DNA from: Octopus sinensis
Lineage: Eukaryota
Assembly: GCF_006345805.1 (NCBI RefSeq)
Contig: NC_043001.1
Location: 82,088,001-82,152,000, forward strand
Direction of reading: 5' to 3'
DNA length: 64,000 nt
Shown here in pieces: positions 23,741 to 37,240 of this stretch (within the stretch, counting starts at the first letter, position 1; the number at the start of each line of letters is the position of its first letter). The notes beneath the pieces were generated by a model that ran no database searches, was not told the origin of the DNA, and saw nothing but the letters and a program-made list of their open reading frames with translations. Position numbers and translations under genes: made by a program.

Positions 23741-23959
23741 TCAGAGATACATATACATATATATACAGACATACATACACATACATATACATGTATAAAT
23801 ATACATATATACGACGGGCTTCTTTCATGGCTTTGGTCACCACAAACCACAACTACCAACATACTGGTCACCATTAAAAGACTAGTTTACCCATAAGTCA
23901 TTTCATCTATATAATCTGGAATACAAAAGCAAAGTTAGGACCGTTAATACTCATATTAC

Positions 23960-24420
23960 AAGAAGATTCTCTCACAGGATAAAAATTTAAAATTTCTTTG
24001 AAAATTAGGGCAATTAAAAATACCTCTATCGCTCCACTTTTTCTCGAGTACTCGAACAGAACTCCCCAACATCTCTTTTGTAAAACAGAACACTACATGG
24101 TTTGTTGAACTATTAAAAACACAGAGTGCGGCATAAAAACCTTCTGTATTCTTCACGGCTATTGGTGTGGCGTTCATAAGGTTAGGCAGATGATAATGTA
24201 AGCTTCCTATATATAATCTTTTGCTGTTCCTTTATAGTAGCTTGAAGTGGTGAACACTGGACGTTTATTGTTAAGTTCAAACGTTTTCTATAAATGGTAA
24301 GTTGAGGACTTTGATTTTGGCTGGGGGCATACTCTGTTGTAATCAAATTTTCCTACTGTCTTTAAACCTCTTTGGATAATAGAATCTTGTTTGTGGTTGG
24401 ATAATAGACAGGATGTTCAT
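23960..24420 (-). pseudogene. Highly degenerate PLE linker/GIY-YIG remnant
   Basis: Minus-strand fragments LLSNHKQ, DYNRVCP, RLYIGS, PYERHTNS, LSCERI occur in the order expected from the 5106-6144 frame. Confidence 0.5.
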
Positions 24421-24619
24421 GGGAGGAATGTGCTCCTGTCCACTTCATTTCCGCCCACTCCAGTCCAAAAGTAAGTAATCCTGCGACGGACCAGCTTCCC
24501 GTCCAGGGAGTGAATATATACGCCACAGAAACTTGGAAACAGGTCTAATGAGTTTATATGAATCGGGAAAGCGCTTTTCCTCTTCTTATGTATATATGAC
24601 GGGCTTCCACATAGTTTCT

Positions 24620-25035
24620 TATTTCTTTATTACCCACAAGAGGCTAAACATAGAGGGTACAAACAAGGACAGATAAAGGGATTAAGTCGATTACATCGAC
24701 CCCAGTGCGAAACTGGTACTTAATTTATCGACCCCGAAAGGATGAAAGGCAAAGTCGACCTCGGCGGAATTTGAACTCAGGACATAAAGACAGATGAAAT
24801 ACCTATTTCTTTACTACCCACAAGGAGCTAAACACAGAGATGACAAACTAGGACAGACAAACGGATTAATTCGATTATATCGACCCCAGTGCGTAACTGG
24901 TACTCAATTTATCGACCCCGAAAGGATGAAAGGCAAAGTCCACCTCAGCGGAATTTGAACTCAGAACGTAACGGCAGACGAAATACCGCTAAATTTTTCG
25001 CCCGGCGCGCTAACGATTCTGCCAGCTCGCCACCC
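24620..25035 (-). mobile_element. Family A SINE, head plus duplicated body
   Basis: Central motif at ~24730 and ~24915; internal junction gaaatacctatttctttact at ~24796. Confidence 0.9.
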
Positions 25036-26854
25036 TTACATAGTTTCTGCCGATCAATTCACTTACAATGCATTGGGACTGAACCCAAAAACGACGTCGT
25101 TGCAAAAGCTAGCTTCTTAACCACACGACCATGCATGCACCTATAATGAAGAATTTGGGGAAAATAAAATTTTATCATGTATGTTTAGAACATAAATTAG
25201 CTTTTTATTTAAATTACTTTAAAAGAGGAAGTACTTATGATGGAACCAAGGATGTCAAGCGGGTTAAAGAAGTCAATCACCGATATTCCTCATGTTTTGG
25301 TAAATGTGGGTGTGTACAATACAATATGAACGATGAGAAACATAAACGCAATTAATGGTTATGTGGTTGGATAGAAGCCAGCAATGTGGTGCCAGAAAAG
25401 TGTAAATATACTAAAGGCATGGTATCCTTTATAGGTAACAGGAGAAGAACAAATTATTTGGGGCTTTAAGTGGGTGACTGAAATGTTTTATTACATAAAA
25501 GGTTCATCTACCTGGAGACTGGAAAAAACGAAACGAAATATTCCGTGATGTTTTGTTGCCTTTATTGTTTTTAGTGTAGTAATAGGAGAAGCTGATAATA
25601 GTTTCTTAGCTATTATTTATAGATGTTTTCACAAAGATCATTTTCCTTGTTATAGATCGGATTCAAGACGTTTAAAATATCGGAAATATAACTAGATTGG
25701 TTGACGCTAGTCTCTTTATCTCATTTACCTCTAACACCGTTGAAGTGTTTGCTGTGTTTGCTTGAAATGTCAAATAGTGTTGTAGGGATTACAACAGGAT
25801 GAAAAGCAATAAGCATATCTTTTCTTGTTCATGACATAGTTACAACTATTTCTGAATTTGCATACATCGCCTTGTTCTATTGTTATTGTTTTTCTCGCTG
25901 TTCTTATTTTTGATCTTACTTTTTATGCTGCTAAGCACAAGGTTATACTTAATTGGGGAAATAAGGCGGCGAGTTAGAAGAATAGTTAGCACACTGCTGC
26001 ACAAAAATACCTAGCAGCATTTTCCCGGCATTTTTGTTTAAGTTCAAATTTCACTGGTGTTAACTTTGCATCTCATCCTTTTAAAGTCGATGAAATAAGT
26101 ACCAGGTGAGCATCGTGGTCGATGTAATCAACTTTCCTCAACCCCGTTTCATCGAAACTTTGAGACTTTGTGCCTATAGTAGAAAAAAATTTATAAGATG
26201 GCGAGCCGACAAAATTGTTATTCCGTTGGACGAAATGCTTGGTTGCATTTTTTTGGCCTTGCATTCTGAGGTCAAATTCTGTCAGGTTGGCTTTGCTTTC
26301 ATCTTTTGGGATCGATAAATTAAGCTTCAGCAATCGACTAGACTCCTGCGTCATAATTTCAGATCTTGTGTCTATAGCAAAGAGAAATTTAGCGGTGGAA
26401 AAGGTTTAGCTAACCCGAATCAACTTCAGCTTATTGTTTTTAATTTTATTTATCTTCGAACGACAAAGTCTATTCAAGCGAAATTTCGCTTCGAGACCGT
26501 GAAGATAGAAATTACAAACTGTGTTGTATTTAGTCAATCGACTTCAAATGCTCACCATTTCAGCCGTCCTATAATTGCTGGAACGAAAAGTACTAAGATG
26601 AATATGTGATGATTATGCCTTTCCTCATATAACTCAACTCAGTAAAATGGTTGTTGCCAGGATCCGTTTGTCAAGAGTTATGGATACCTCACCATCAAAG
26701 ATTACTTCCGTTATATGGTCCTCAAGGACTTGTTCAGACTTAAAAGCTTGTTGGAGTTTTAGTTCGTTTGTATGGAGAAATGTCACTTTCTTCTATAAAG
26801 GAAGCATAAAAAGTCATTTATCCTTTTTCGTTTCTTATTTCTTTATTCTTATTT

Positions 26855-27482
26855 CTTTATTTCTTTATTGCCCACAAAGGGTTAAACATAGAGGGGACAA
26901 ACAAGGACAGACAAAGGGACTAAGTCGATTACATCGATTCCAGTGCGTAACTGGTACTTAATTTATTGACCCCGAAAGGATGAATGGCAAAGTCGACCTC
27001 GTCGGAATTTGAACTTAGAACGTAACGGCAGGCGAAATACCTATTTCTATTTCTTTATTACCCACAAGGGGCCAAACACAGAGGGAACAAACAAGGACAG
27101 ACATAGGTATTAAGTCGATTACATCGACCCCAGTTCGTAACTGGTACTTAATTTATCGACCCCGAAAGGATGAAAGGCAAAGTCGACCTCGGCGGAATTT
27201 GAACTCACAACGTAACGGCAGGCGAAATACCGCTAAGCATTTCGCTCGGCGTGCTAACGTTTCTGCCAGCTCGCCGCTCAGTTTGTATCGCATGTAAGTG
27301 ACCGAGATAACAACATACTCCCTGAACGAGATGCCTATCCTTTTCAGGACTCAAGACCAGCAATTCTGGGGGAAGGAGATTAGTGGATTAAGTCGATTAC
27401 TTTAACCCTAGTTGATGCATTATTTTATCGACCTCGCAGGGATGAAAAGCAAAGTTGACCTCAGCGGGATTTGAACTCAGAA
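26855..27482 (-). mobile_element. Cluster of family A SINE bodies
   Basis: Central motif at ~26970, 27160, 27430. Confidence 0.9.
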
Positions 27483-27904
27483 TGAACCTATGCCATTGAC
27501 GATATTTTGCTGTTTAGAGAGACGGCTATCGTAGAGTACAAATAGGTATTTTGGTTAAGAAAGGGAAAATTAAGCTGTTAATATCCAGTTGAAATGGTTT
27601 CACTTCAAATACTTTGCCTCTATATTTATGAAAGACGTCAATCTCACAAACTACAATTACCACACCGTTATACGTGTCTCAGTGAGAAATCAATAATTTT
27701 CTCATTAGAGAAAGGAGTTTTTACAGCTGAATACCTTTCCTTACAATCAAGATTTTGTAGAAAAGAAAAGAGCCTGAAGTGTTTGAAATTAAGATTTCAT
27801 GCTCAACAGGAAAAACAACAACAACAAAATAAAACCCAAAAGAAATCCTTATATTTGTTTTACATCTGATACATTTGAAGTTCAGCTCTCTGTACATATA
27901 TGGT

Positions 27905-27929
27905 ATCTATCTACCTGTATGCCTATCTG

Positions 27930-28021
<92 letters not shown>

Positions 28022-28163
28022 CCTCTGCCTGTTTTTGAATCTCCCCCCCTCTCTCTCTCTATATATATATATATCACGCGATATTGCTACACATCGCTGG
28101 TCACAATGCGCTTCTCATTGTTTTAGCCTTCAATGACACCGCCTCGCTGGCTAAGCGAACAGG

Positions 28164-28209
<46 letters not shown>

Positions 28210-28764
28210 ACAGGTTGAACTTTCGCCGTATAGATCTCGTATGCCACAGTTTGATGAATCTTCTTCTTCTTCTTCTTCTTTTCCTTCTTCTTCTCTTCTT
28301 CTTCTTTCTTCTTCTCTTCTTCTTCTTCTTTCTTTTCTTCTCTTCTTTCTTCTTGCTTTCTTCTCTTCTTTTCTTCTTCTTCTTCTTCTTCTTCTTCCTC
28401 TTCTCTTCTTTCTTTCTTCTTCTTCTCTTTCTTCTTCTTCTTCTTCTTCTTCTTCTCTTCTTCTTCTTCTTCTTCTTCTTCTTCTTCTTCTTCTTCTTCT
28501 TCTTCTCTTCTCCTTCTCTTATAGTTAGCAACATCATTTCGTCATTTTTCTTCTTTTGCCATCCAACGTTCGCGATATGAATCTTTTTGATGAATCATCC
28601 AGATTTTCCTTGTAATAGCTATACCGTCGATGTTATCAGTAATATTGGCGTCAAACACTCCACCTTATATACTAATGTCTAAAATTTGCGTTGACACACT
28701 ACATCTTCTGGTTATTTTATGCTTCCCTGGTTTTGTCTTACTGATTAGATTCTGATAGCATCTC

Positions 28765-28834
<70 letters not shown>

Positions 28835-28836
28835 CA

Positions 28837-28903
<67 letters not shown>

Positions 28904-28905
28904 CT
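27905..28905. repeat. Microsatellite cluster: (TATC)n 27905-28020, (TA)n, (TTC)n 28255-28520, (TAT)n 28765-28900
   Basis: Directly visible. Confidence 0.97.
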
Positions 28906-29427
28906 GCTGACGTTTGTTGTTGTAAATATTTATTTATGATTTTTATCTACAGCTATAGAAAAGAAGTAAGAGTTAAGATTTCAGAGTTCCGCTCGTTTCT
29001 CATTTCTCAACCAGCAACGGCAGACAATATCTTCTTTACGTCTTTGTTTTGATACTCCATACATCAAACGCTGTCGGTATTTGGCATAGAAGAGTGAACA
29101 CAAATTCTGTATTGGCTCCGCACAGGAAACGTCAATAGTTTGCCGTGTATACAAATCAACAAGCGAAACGAAACGCTAACTAAATAAATAGATCATAAGC
29201 AACCTGAAGAGTAATTGAAACGGATATGAACCCTATATAAATTAGTACCCCATTTAGGGTTGGCATTTGTAAGGATTTTGATGGGTTTTATTTAAAACAT
29301 ATATACGGGGTTATTGGGTGTAAAATGTTGAGACGGGTGTGGAAACCCTATATATATGTCGGTCACTGATATGGACATAGAATTTGCTAAGGTGTTTCGA
29401 ATATAATTTGTTAGGAGTCTGACACGT

Positions 29428-29429
29428 TT

Positions 29430-29527
<98 letters not shown>

Positions 29528-29549
29528 GTCTGTCTATCTGTCTGTCTGT

Positions 29550-29586
<37 letters not shown>

Positions 29587-29835
29587 TGTCTGTCTGTCTA
29601 CCCCTCTCTCTACATATATGTATATAATATAATATATATATAAATAGTGTGTGTGTGTGTGTAATATATACACACATATATATATGTGCATGTATATAGA
29701 TAGTACTGCTATTTATTTTATCGACCCCGAAAGGATGAGAGGTAAAGTCGACCTCGGCGGAATTTGAATTCAGAACGTAAAGAAGGACGAAATGCCGGTA
29801 AGCATTTCAACCGGTGTGAGAACGATTCTGCTAGC
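29428..29835. repeat. (TATC/TGTC/TGCC)n microsatellite followed by a family A SINE fragment (29712-29835, minus strand)
   Basis: Directly visible; SINE central motif at 29720-29775. Confidence 0.9.
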
Positions 29836-30239
29836 GCACAGCCTTTAAAGCCATAAATAATAGCATGCCAAAGATCGTTTATTGCACGATATACAGCAAT
29901 ATCTGAAAAGGTGATTTGCATATTTGATCTTAATATGTCCTGGCAGATTCGAACGCAAAATATGTTAGTCGCTGTTGTGTACATCAGAAGAAGACAACTT
30001 CTCTTTTTTACGACGACAATGTGTTCATATCACACTCGGATCAATGGCGCAAGATATTCTGGGGCACCGGCGTTTCGACATGTATTTCATTCGCCGGAGG
30101 TACCCGGAACTTTGAGCCTAAAGAAGACCCAGTGGATTTGTTTATAATTTCAACAAGCTGTTTGCTGATCAGTGATTATGTGTAGCAACCGGCAGAACAA
30201 ACATTATTTGCACTGTGTGCAGTGAGATATGAAAAGATT

Positions 30240-30900
30240 GGAGTGGCTGTGTGGTAAGTGTAGGCGTCGGAGTGGCTGTGTGGTAAGTAGCTTGCTTACG
30301 AACCACATGGTTCCGGGTTCAGTCTCACTGCGTGGCACCTTGGGCAAGTGTCTTCTACTATAGCCTCGGGTCGACCAAAGCCTTCTGAGTGGATTTGGTG
30401 GACGGTAACTGAAAGAAGCCCGTCGAATATATATGTGTATATATACATATGTATATATATATGCATGTGTGTGTGTATATATGTTTGTGTCTGTGTTTGT
30501 CCCTCCAACATCGCTTGACAACCGATGCTGGTGTGTTTATGTCCACCGTGACCTAGCGGTTCAGCAAAAGAGACCGATAAAATAAGTACTAGGCCTACAA
30601 AGAATAAGTCCTGGGGTTGATTTGCTCGACTAAAGGCTGTGCTCCAGCATGACCACAGTCAAATGACTGAAACAAGTAAAAAAGTATATTTATTCTGAAA
30701 ACGACTTTAAATATTGGGTTAAAAACCGTTTTGAGATTTAAAAGAAATGGTGTGGTAAGTAGCTTGCTAACCAACCACATGGTTCCGGATTCAGTCCCAC
30801 TGCGTGGCATCTCGGGCAATTGTCTTCTGCTATAGCCTCGGGCCGACCAAAGCCTTGTGAGTGGATTTGGTAGACGGAAACTGAAAGAAGCCTGTCGTAT
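30240..30900 (+). mobile_element. Family B SINEs (full copy 30261-30680 with duplicated head start; 5' half at 30746-30900)
   Basis: Head ggagtggctgtgtggtaagt occurs twice at 30240/30270; body as at 1-215. Confidence 0.88.
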
Positions 30901-30910
30901 ATATGTATAT

Positions 30911-31778
30911 ATATAAGAATGAATGTTTTTATATATAATGAACGTGAAATACAGGAAGGGACGAACACGGAACACAGACAAATCATTCGAAGCCTTCAAT
31001 CTTCAGTCAGACACCGAATCATCATAGCAAATTTCGGCTGTTCAATTCTGATATTTGCTCCAACTCGGCCAGCCCCAAGAAAAAAAAAAAAAAAAAAAAC
31101 TAAGCTGTAAGCATTAGATTTCTTGGTAGAAGACAGGAATGTGAACGCATAAGCCGGATGTGAATACAAGAGACGAAAACGAAATTGAAAACAGTAATGA
31201 ATAAACAAAATATATAACGGTGGTTGTCATACGACTTTAGACCAAATGAGACAAAAACAACAACAACAACATAGCTGCGTAGAAATAATTACCGTTCGGT
31301 AGCGGGGACACATGTTGGTCGAGATACGAAGCCCAACAGAATGGTTTTAAGAAGCAGCAGGTCGCAGGAGAGAGAGAAAGAGAGACAGAGAGAGAGGGAA
31401 TCAAAGAGGGTGGAAGCAGGGGACAGAATCAGTGACCAAGAGAAAAGGAGAAAGAAGGGATTAAGGAGGATGGAAGGAAGAGGGGAGGAGGATGGGAGGA
31501 AGAGAGGGGAAGAAACGGAGGGCGCCAAAATGTTTGGTGAAGAAGCAATGGCGGGTAGGAAAGACAGTGTGTATAGAAGTCGTGCAGGGTTTAAAATTGG
31601 ACAAACAAACGTGGGGGGGGGGGGGTGCACGTAACGCCGCAATAATATAAGAATGAATGTTTTTATATATAATGAACGTGAAATACAGGAAGGGACGAAC
31701 ACGGAACACAGACAAATCATTCGAAGCCTTCAATCTTCAGTCAGACACCGAATCATCATAGCAAATTTCGGCTGTTCA
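30911..31778. repeat. Two apparently identical 134-bp direct repeats (30911-31044, 31645-31778) flanking ~600 bp
   Basis: No difference found when compared by eye. Confidence 0.92.
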
Positions 31779-32114
31779 TATATATGTATGTATGTGTGTG
31801 TATATGTTTGTGTGTCTGTATTTGTCCCTCTAGCATTGTTTGACAACCGATGCTGGTGTGTTTACGTCCCCGTCACTTAGCGGTTCGGCAAAAGAGACCG
31901 ATATAATAAGTACTGGGCTTACAAAGAATAAGTCCCGGGGTCGATTTGCTCGACTAAAGGCGGTGCTTCAGCATGGCCGCAGTCAAATGACTGAAACAAG
32001 TAAAAGAGAGTAAGGCTGTCTATATATAGCCCTATATATGCAGTGGTATTGCTTATAAGACGTAACAGGACATATGTGAATTCTATATACGTTGGTAAGT
32101 GATTTAGCACTAAA

Positions 32115-32530
32115 CCAGTCCTATTATATGGCGGTGACCCATGGACTCTGACAAATAAATGAACACTAAATGAATGCTACACAAGGATGCTACGAATGGC
32201 ACTAAATGTGAAATAGAAGTAACATATGACAAATGGATGCCTTTATGGAGACCTGCCGAAAGTTAGCGAGAAGATCAATCAAAGACGGCTGTGATTATCT
32301 GGCCACTATGTGCGCCACCCGGGGTGGAAGCATCCAAAGTAATCTTGTGGAACCAACTTCATGGCAATGTAAAACGGAGAAAACGTCGTCACATTTACAT
32401 CAACAACTTGATTGCAGACACAGACCTGGAATCTATCCAGGTCAATGAGGCATTGATGATAGATTGAGAAGTATGGCAAACTGACTTTGTTGCTGCGACC
32501 CGGGTTGAAACCCGACCATGATAATAATAA
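32115..32530 (+). mobile_element. 3' end of an RTE-clade LINE
   Basis: PVLLYGGDPWTL...CYTRMLRMALNV...HMTN..LYGDLPKVSEKI..RRL.LSGH.VRH pattern with stops; short (AAT)n tail at ~32520. Confidence 0.85.
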
Positions 32531-33052
32531 GTGATTAGGGGTTGAAGATTTTCAAGAGGTCTCAAATATAATTTTGTTTTTTTACAGGTTCTAAAATTAG
32601 ACATTTAATTCTAGAATTGGTAATAGATCTTGGAAAGTTTGTTTCACACCTTTTTGGAATGTACTGGTTTAGGCTATTTAATTTAGTGATGATAGTTTTT
32701 AGGTTAGAGGTATGGCATACCTTGCTGATCTATCGATATACAGGTAAATACATTGCATATGGCGGACTCTCCTATCATAAACGATAGGTGAGGATTCCAC
32801 AATTGCTTACAAATCGTTTGATTAAAGATATCAAATGTTTATGGTGTACATTAACTTACTCCTCTCAATGAATCGACATTGCCTGTTCAGTACACAGTAT
32901 ATCATTCGTCAGATATAGAAATGATCGCATAGCAATGCGAAATAAAATGCTTTGATCAAGAAGAGAACACATTAATATTAATATATATGTGTATGTGTGT
33001 GCCTATATATCTATATCTCTCTATATATATTTGTATCTATACATCTATATCT

Positions 33053-33300
33053 GTGGAGGCGCATGGCTTAGAGCTTAGGGTGTCAGCATCTTGATCGTAA
33101 GATTGTGGTTTCGATTCCTAGACCGGGCGACGCGTTGTTTCTTGAGCAGAACACTTCATTTCACGTTGTTCCAGCCCACTCAGCTGACAAAAATGAGTAA
33201 CGCTGCGATGGACTGGCGTCCCGTCCAGCTAGGGAACACAAACGCCATTGAAACCGGGAAATCAGGCCCATGAGCCTGGCTAGACTTTAAAAGGGCGCAT
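33053..33300 (+). mobile_element. tRNA-derived SINE with V-domain-like segment
   Basis: Head ggaggcgcatggctta...gtttcgattcctagacc; contains gcgatggactggcgtcccgtccag, which resembles the V-SINE central domain (from recall, unverified). Confidence 0.65.
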
Positions 33301-33314
33301 TTATATATTTTATA

Positions 33315-33416
<102 letters not shown>

Positions 33417-33503
33417 ATTCTTTTATTGTTTTATATGTTCAGCGCTAAGGCCCTGGCCATGCTGGGGCACCACCTGTATATATATATATATATATATATA
33501 CAT

Positions 33504-33552
<49 letters not shown>

Positions 33553-34293
33553 AGTGCATACGTACGTACGTATGTATGTATGTGCATGTGTATGTATGCA
33601 TGTATGTATGTATGTATAAAGACACTTGTTGTGTAAGGCTGGAACAATGCGAGAAGTGCAAATTAAACTGCAAAATGAAAAGTAAAAGAAAACAACAAAG
33701 CTGCATTTTTACTTTGCATTTTTATATTTCGGGGTTAACAACTCTTCTTCAGGACATTTAGAATTCACGAGGAATGGAAAATTCGTTACTCAGATGTGTG
33801 GGGGAGGAAGAAGAAAGAAGACATAAACAGACTGGTGTTGCTACAGCAACCAGTTTGTTTCAAGTAGTTCCTTCCTGTTGTTAATGGCTGGTTTTAATGC
33901 GGTTATAAGGAGGACTCGAAGATTCTGCGATTGCCCCTGGCTCAGTGGCTAGAGTGTCGGGATCACAATCAAGAGGTAGTGAGTTCGATTCTCGGGCCGG
34001 GTTGTATGTTGTGTTACTGAGCAAGACACTTTGTTTCACGTTGCTCCACTTCCCTCAGCTCTAGAAACGAGTTGCAAAGGCACAGGTGCCAAGCAGTATC
34101 AGTGTTTGCCTTTCCCTTGGATAATATTAGTGGCACGGAGAGGGGAAGCTGGTATGCATAGGTGACTGCTGTTCTTCCATGAACAACCTTGCCCGTACTT
34201 GTACCTCGGAGGGTAATTTTCTTGAAGCAATCCCATGGTAATTCATGACCGAGGGGGTCTTTACTTTTATGGTAGTATGTTATATATATATAT

Positions 34294-34328
<35 letters not shown>

Positions 34329-34856
34329 AATATATATATGTGCCAAGGGGTTGGTAAATTGTCCGAACTCGCTATCTTCAAACTGGTTTTCGTACTTCTC
34401 ATATATAGTCAAGAATGTTGGGTTCCTCCCAAGGACATCTGAAGTAACGTTATTCGTCAGGCTGTGTCGCTAGGAGATTAGGGAGTCTTTCCAGATCGAG
34501 CCGTTACTTTTCCTCATTGGGAGGTTATAGCTCCAGTACTATGGATATGTGATTAGAGAGTCGCAGTAAAATATCGCAAGACAGGTTCTTCAAGTTTGGC
34601 CAACCGGCAAGAGACCTTGAGATAAACAACTGATGCTGGTGTGTTTACGTCCTCGTAACTGAGCAGTTCGGCGAAAGGGACCGATAGAATAAGTACTAGG
34701 CTTACAAAGAACAAGTCCTGGGGGTCAATTTGCTTGACTAAAGGTGGTGCTCCAGCATGGCCACAGTCAAATGACAGAAACAAGTAAAAGAGGTAAAGGA
34801 GTACACACACACACACACCACACAACCACACACAGATATATATATATATATCATAT

Positions 34857-34887
<31 letters not shown>

Positions 34888-34965
34888 TATTATATATATA
34901 TATATATATATATATAATACATACATATATATATAAAGTCTAATGTAGGATAAAAATTCCGGTTA

Positions 34966-35024
34966 TTACCGTATTGGTCCCAATTTCAGAGTTAATTCAT
35001 AAGAATTCTCCTCCTCAGCGATAA
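34966..35024 (-). ncRNA. Type I hammerhead ribozyme
   Basis: Minus strand: TTATCG CTGAGGA GGAG AATTC ttat GAATT aa CTCT GAAA TTGG ga CCAA TA CGGTAA; 6-bp stem I, extended stem II, 5-bp stem III, AUA triplet; predicted cleavage after 34972. Confidence 0.88.
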
Positions 35025-35191
35025 ATACGTAAGACATAAATGAAATACTCAACTTTTCCTTTTGCCCTTATTTTATAAGTTATTTATAAATTTTCTATTC
35101 TGGATATATTTGGGGTACTTAGGTCTGCTCGGGACTTAGTGCTTGCTTTTTCAATGAGTATGAGTAAGTATTTCATTTATGTCTGACGTAT

Positions 35192-35245
35192 TTATCGCTG
35201 AGGAGGAGAAAATTCTGATGAATTTACTCTGAAATTGGGACCAAT
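35192..35245 (+). ncRNA. Inverted second HHR copy, truncated at the predicted cleavage site
   Basis: TTATCG CTGAGGA GGAG...CTCT GAAA TTGG ga CCAA T, then unrelated sequence; H17 and the 3' strand of stem I are missing. Confidence 0.8.
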
Positions 35246-36199
35246 GCTGATGGAGTGTTGGGTGGTTCCTAACCTGTAAAGATAAGCTTGGTGATTACGG
35301 GAGTAAACATACATACATAACGGAATTTTTTAGAAATTTCTATCGGTTTGTTTCGAGACGCATAAATTATAATGATTGTTGACAATTTGTCTATTTTCGG
35401 CATATTTGGCATCAGAATTTTTCTTTTGCCCTTATTTTATAAGGTATATATATATATATATATATACATACACACACATATCTGTGTGTGTGTCTGTGTT
35501 TGTACCCCCATCACTGCTTCACCACCGGTGTTGGTCTGTTTACGTCCCCGTAAAAAAGCGACTGATTTGTTCGACTAAAACTCCACCAAGGCTCTGCTTC
35601 AGTATGGCCGCACTCAAATGACAGAAACAAGTAAAAAGTAAAAAAAAAAGAATAAAAAAATATACGCACACCTTTTTATTGAGTATGAATCATAAACAGA
35701 CGGATGTGAACCACCTACAATTTGACCAATAATTTAGTGTATAAAATTTACTGAGTTTCAAATATAATTTATTAGGAATTCGAAGATGTTGCCTAAAAAA
35801 ACATCTACAAGGTTATTGTGTACAAAACGTAAAGAGTTTCTTTACAGAGTGCAACTAGTTTATCTAGAAGTGAAAAATAAACATAGAGTCTCATGAAAAA
35901 TTACTAGAGACCATGGAAATGAAAATAACTTCAATGTTATTATGTAAACAACAAATTTGTGTTATTAGGTTGGTGGTAAGTAGCCGATGAAGATCTGGGT
36001 TATATAAATCATATTACCGTGATTTGATTAGATTTTGTTCAGCCTTATCTTTACTCTGTATGGGTGTGGTGCGTTCAGGTAACATTGCAAATGATATTTT
36101 ATAACATCAGCGCGGTCTTTATTCGCCCTCCACTTCACTGCTCTCTACTATCAGTCGTCATCAACGCCGCCGCTATAGCGATCTCTGTATCACGATAAC

Positions 36200-37240
36200 G
36201 ACGATCACGACGATCACGACGGTCATCACCGCCACCACCTCCACAATTAAGAGCAATACCACTACCACAAACATCAACACCACCACCACCACCACCACCA
36301 CACTACCAACGCAACCACCAACACCATCACCATCTTTAACAGCGCAGCTAGATCAATAATACCACCACCAATACCACAATCAATACCACCACCAACACCA
36401 CGTAAATCAATACCGCTAACACTACCACCACTACCATCACCACCACAATACCACCACCATGATCACCACCACCACTGCCGCTGCCGCTGCCACTTCCGCC
36501 ACCACTGCTTCCCCCACCGGCGCCGCCGCCGCTGTCGCCAACTATATCAAGAACGACGACACAAATATCCCCATCACCACCGTCACCAAAACTATTACTG
36601 TTGCCACCATCAAGAACAATCCCACTAACCTCATCTTTACCACCAATACCATCACCACCACCAACAACAACACTAACATCACTACCATCATCACTATCAC
36701 CCACTACCACCACCACCAAGAATAATATTGACATCTCTATCACCATCATCGTTATAGCACTACATTACTATAAGCACTGCCCCCCCCAGCCACCGCCGCC
36801 GCCGCCACAACCACCACCACCACCACCACCACCATCACCTCTAGCAGCAAGGGCACTACTTGCTGTAGCAGCAACAACAGCAACAACAAGATAAACATAA
36901 ATAGTAACCACGCCGTCCTTGTTGCTATTATTTATTTTGACAAAACATATCTTTATATCTCCACTTATGAATGCTGATGGAGTGTTGGGTGGTTCCTAAC
37001 CTGTAAAGATAAGCTTGGTGATTACGGGAGTAAACATACATATATACATACATACATACATACATACATACATACATACATACATACATACATACATACA
37101 TACATACGTACATACATACGTACGTACATACATACGTACATACATACATACATACATACATACATACATACATACATACATACATACATACATACATACA
37201 TACATACATACGTACATATGTACATACGTATATATGTAAT
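36200..37240. repeat. (CAC/CAT/CCG)n compound repeat and (CATA)n microsatellite
   Basis: Directly visible. Confidence 0.95.

Noticed and set aside
28540-28730. Very old RTE-like fragment on the minus strand
   Set aside because: Only one motif-like stretch (LVYKVECLTP) seen; insufficient to call.
32588-32619. 32-nt + strand micro-exon (GSKIRHLILEL) after a good acceptor; similar 33-nt candidate near 12812-12844
   Set aside because: Too short to distinguish from chance splice-like motifs in AT-rich DNA.
33700-33760. Minus-strand CTGAAGAA-GAG..CCCC-GAAATATA hammerhead-like motif
   Set aside because: Stem II is mismatched and no stem I partner exists; at most a dead remnant.
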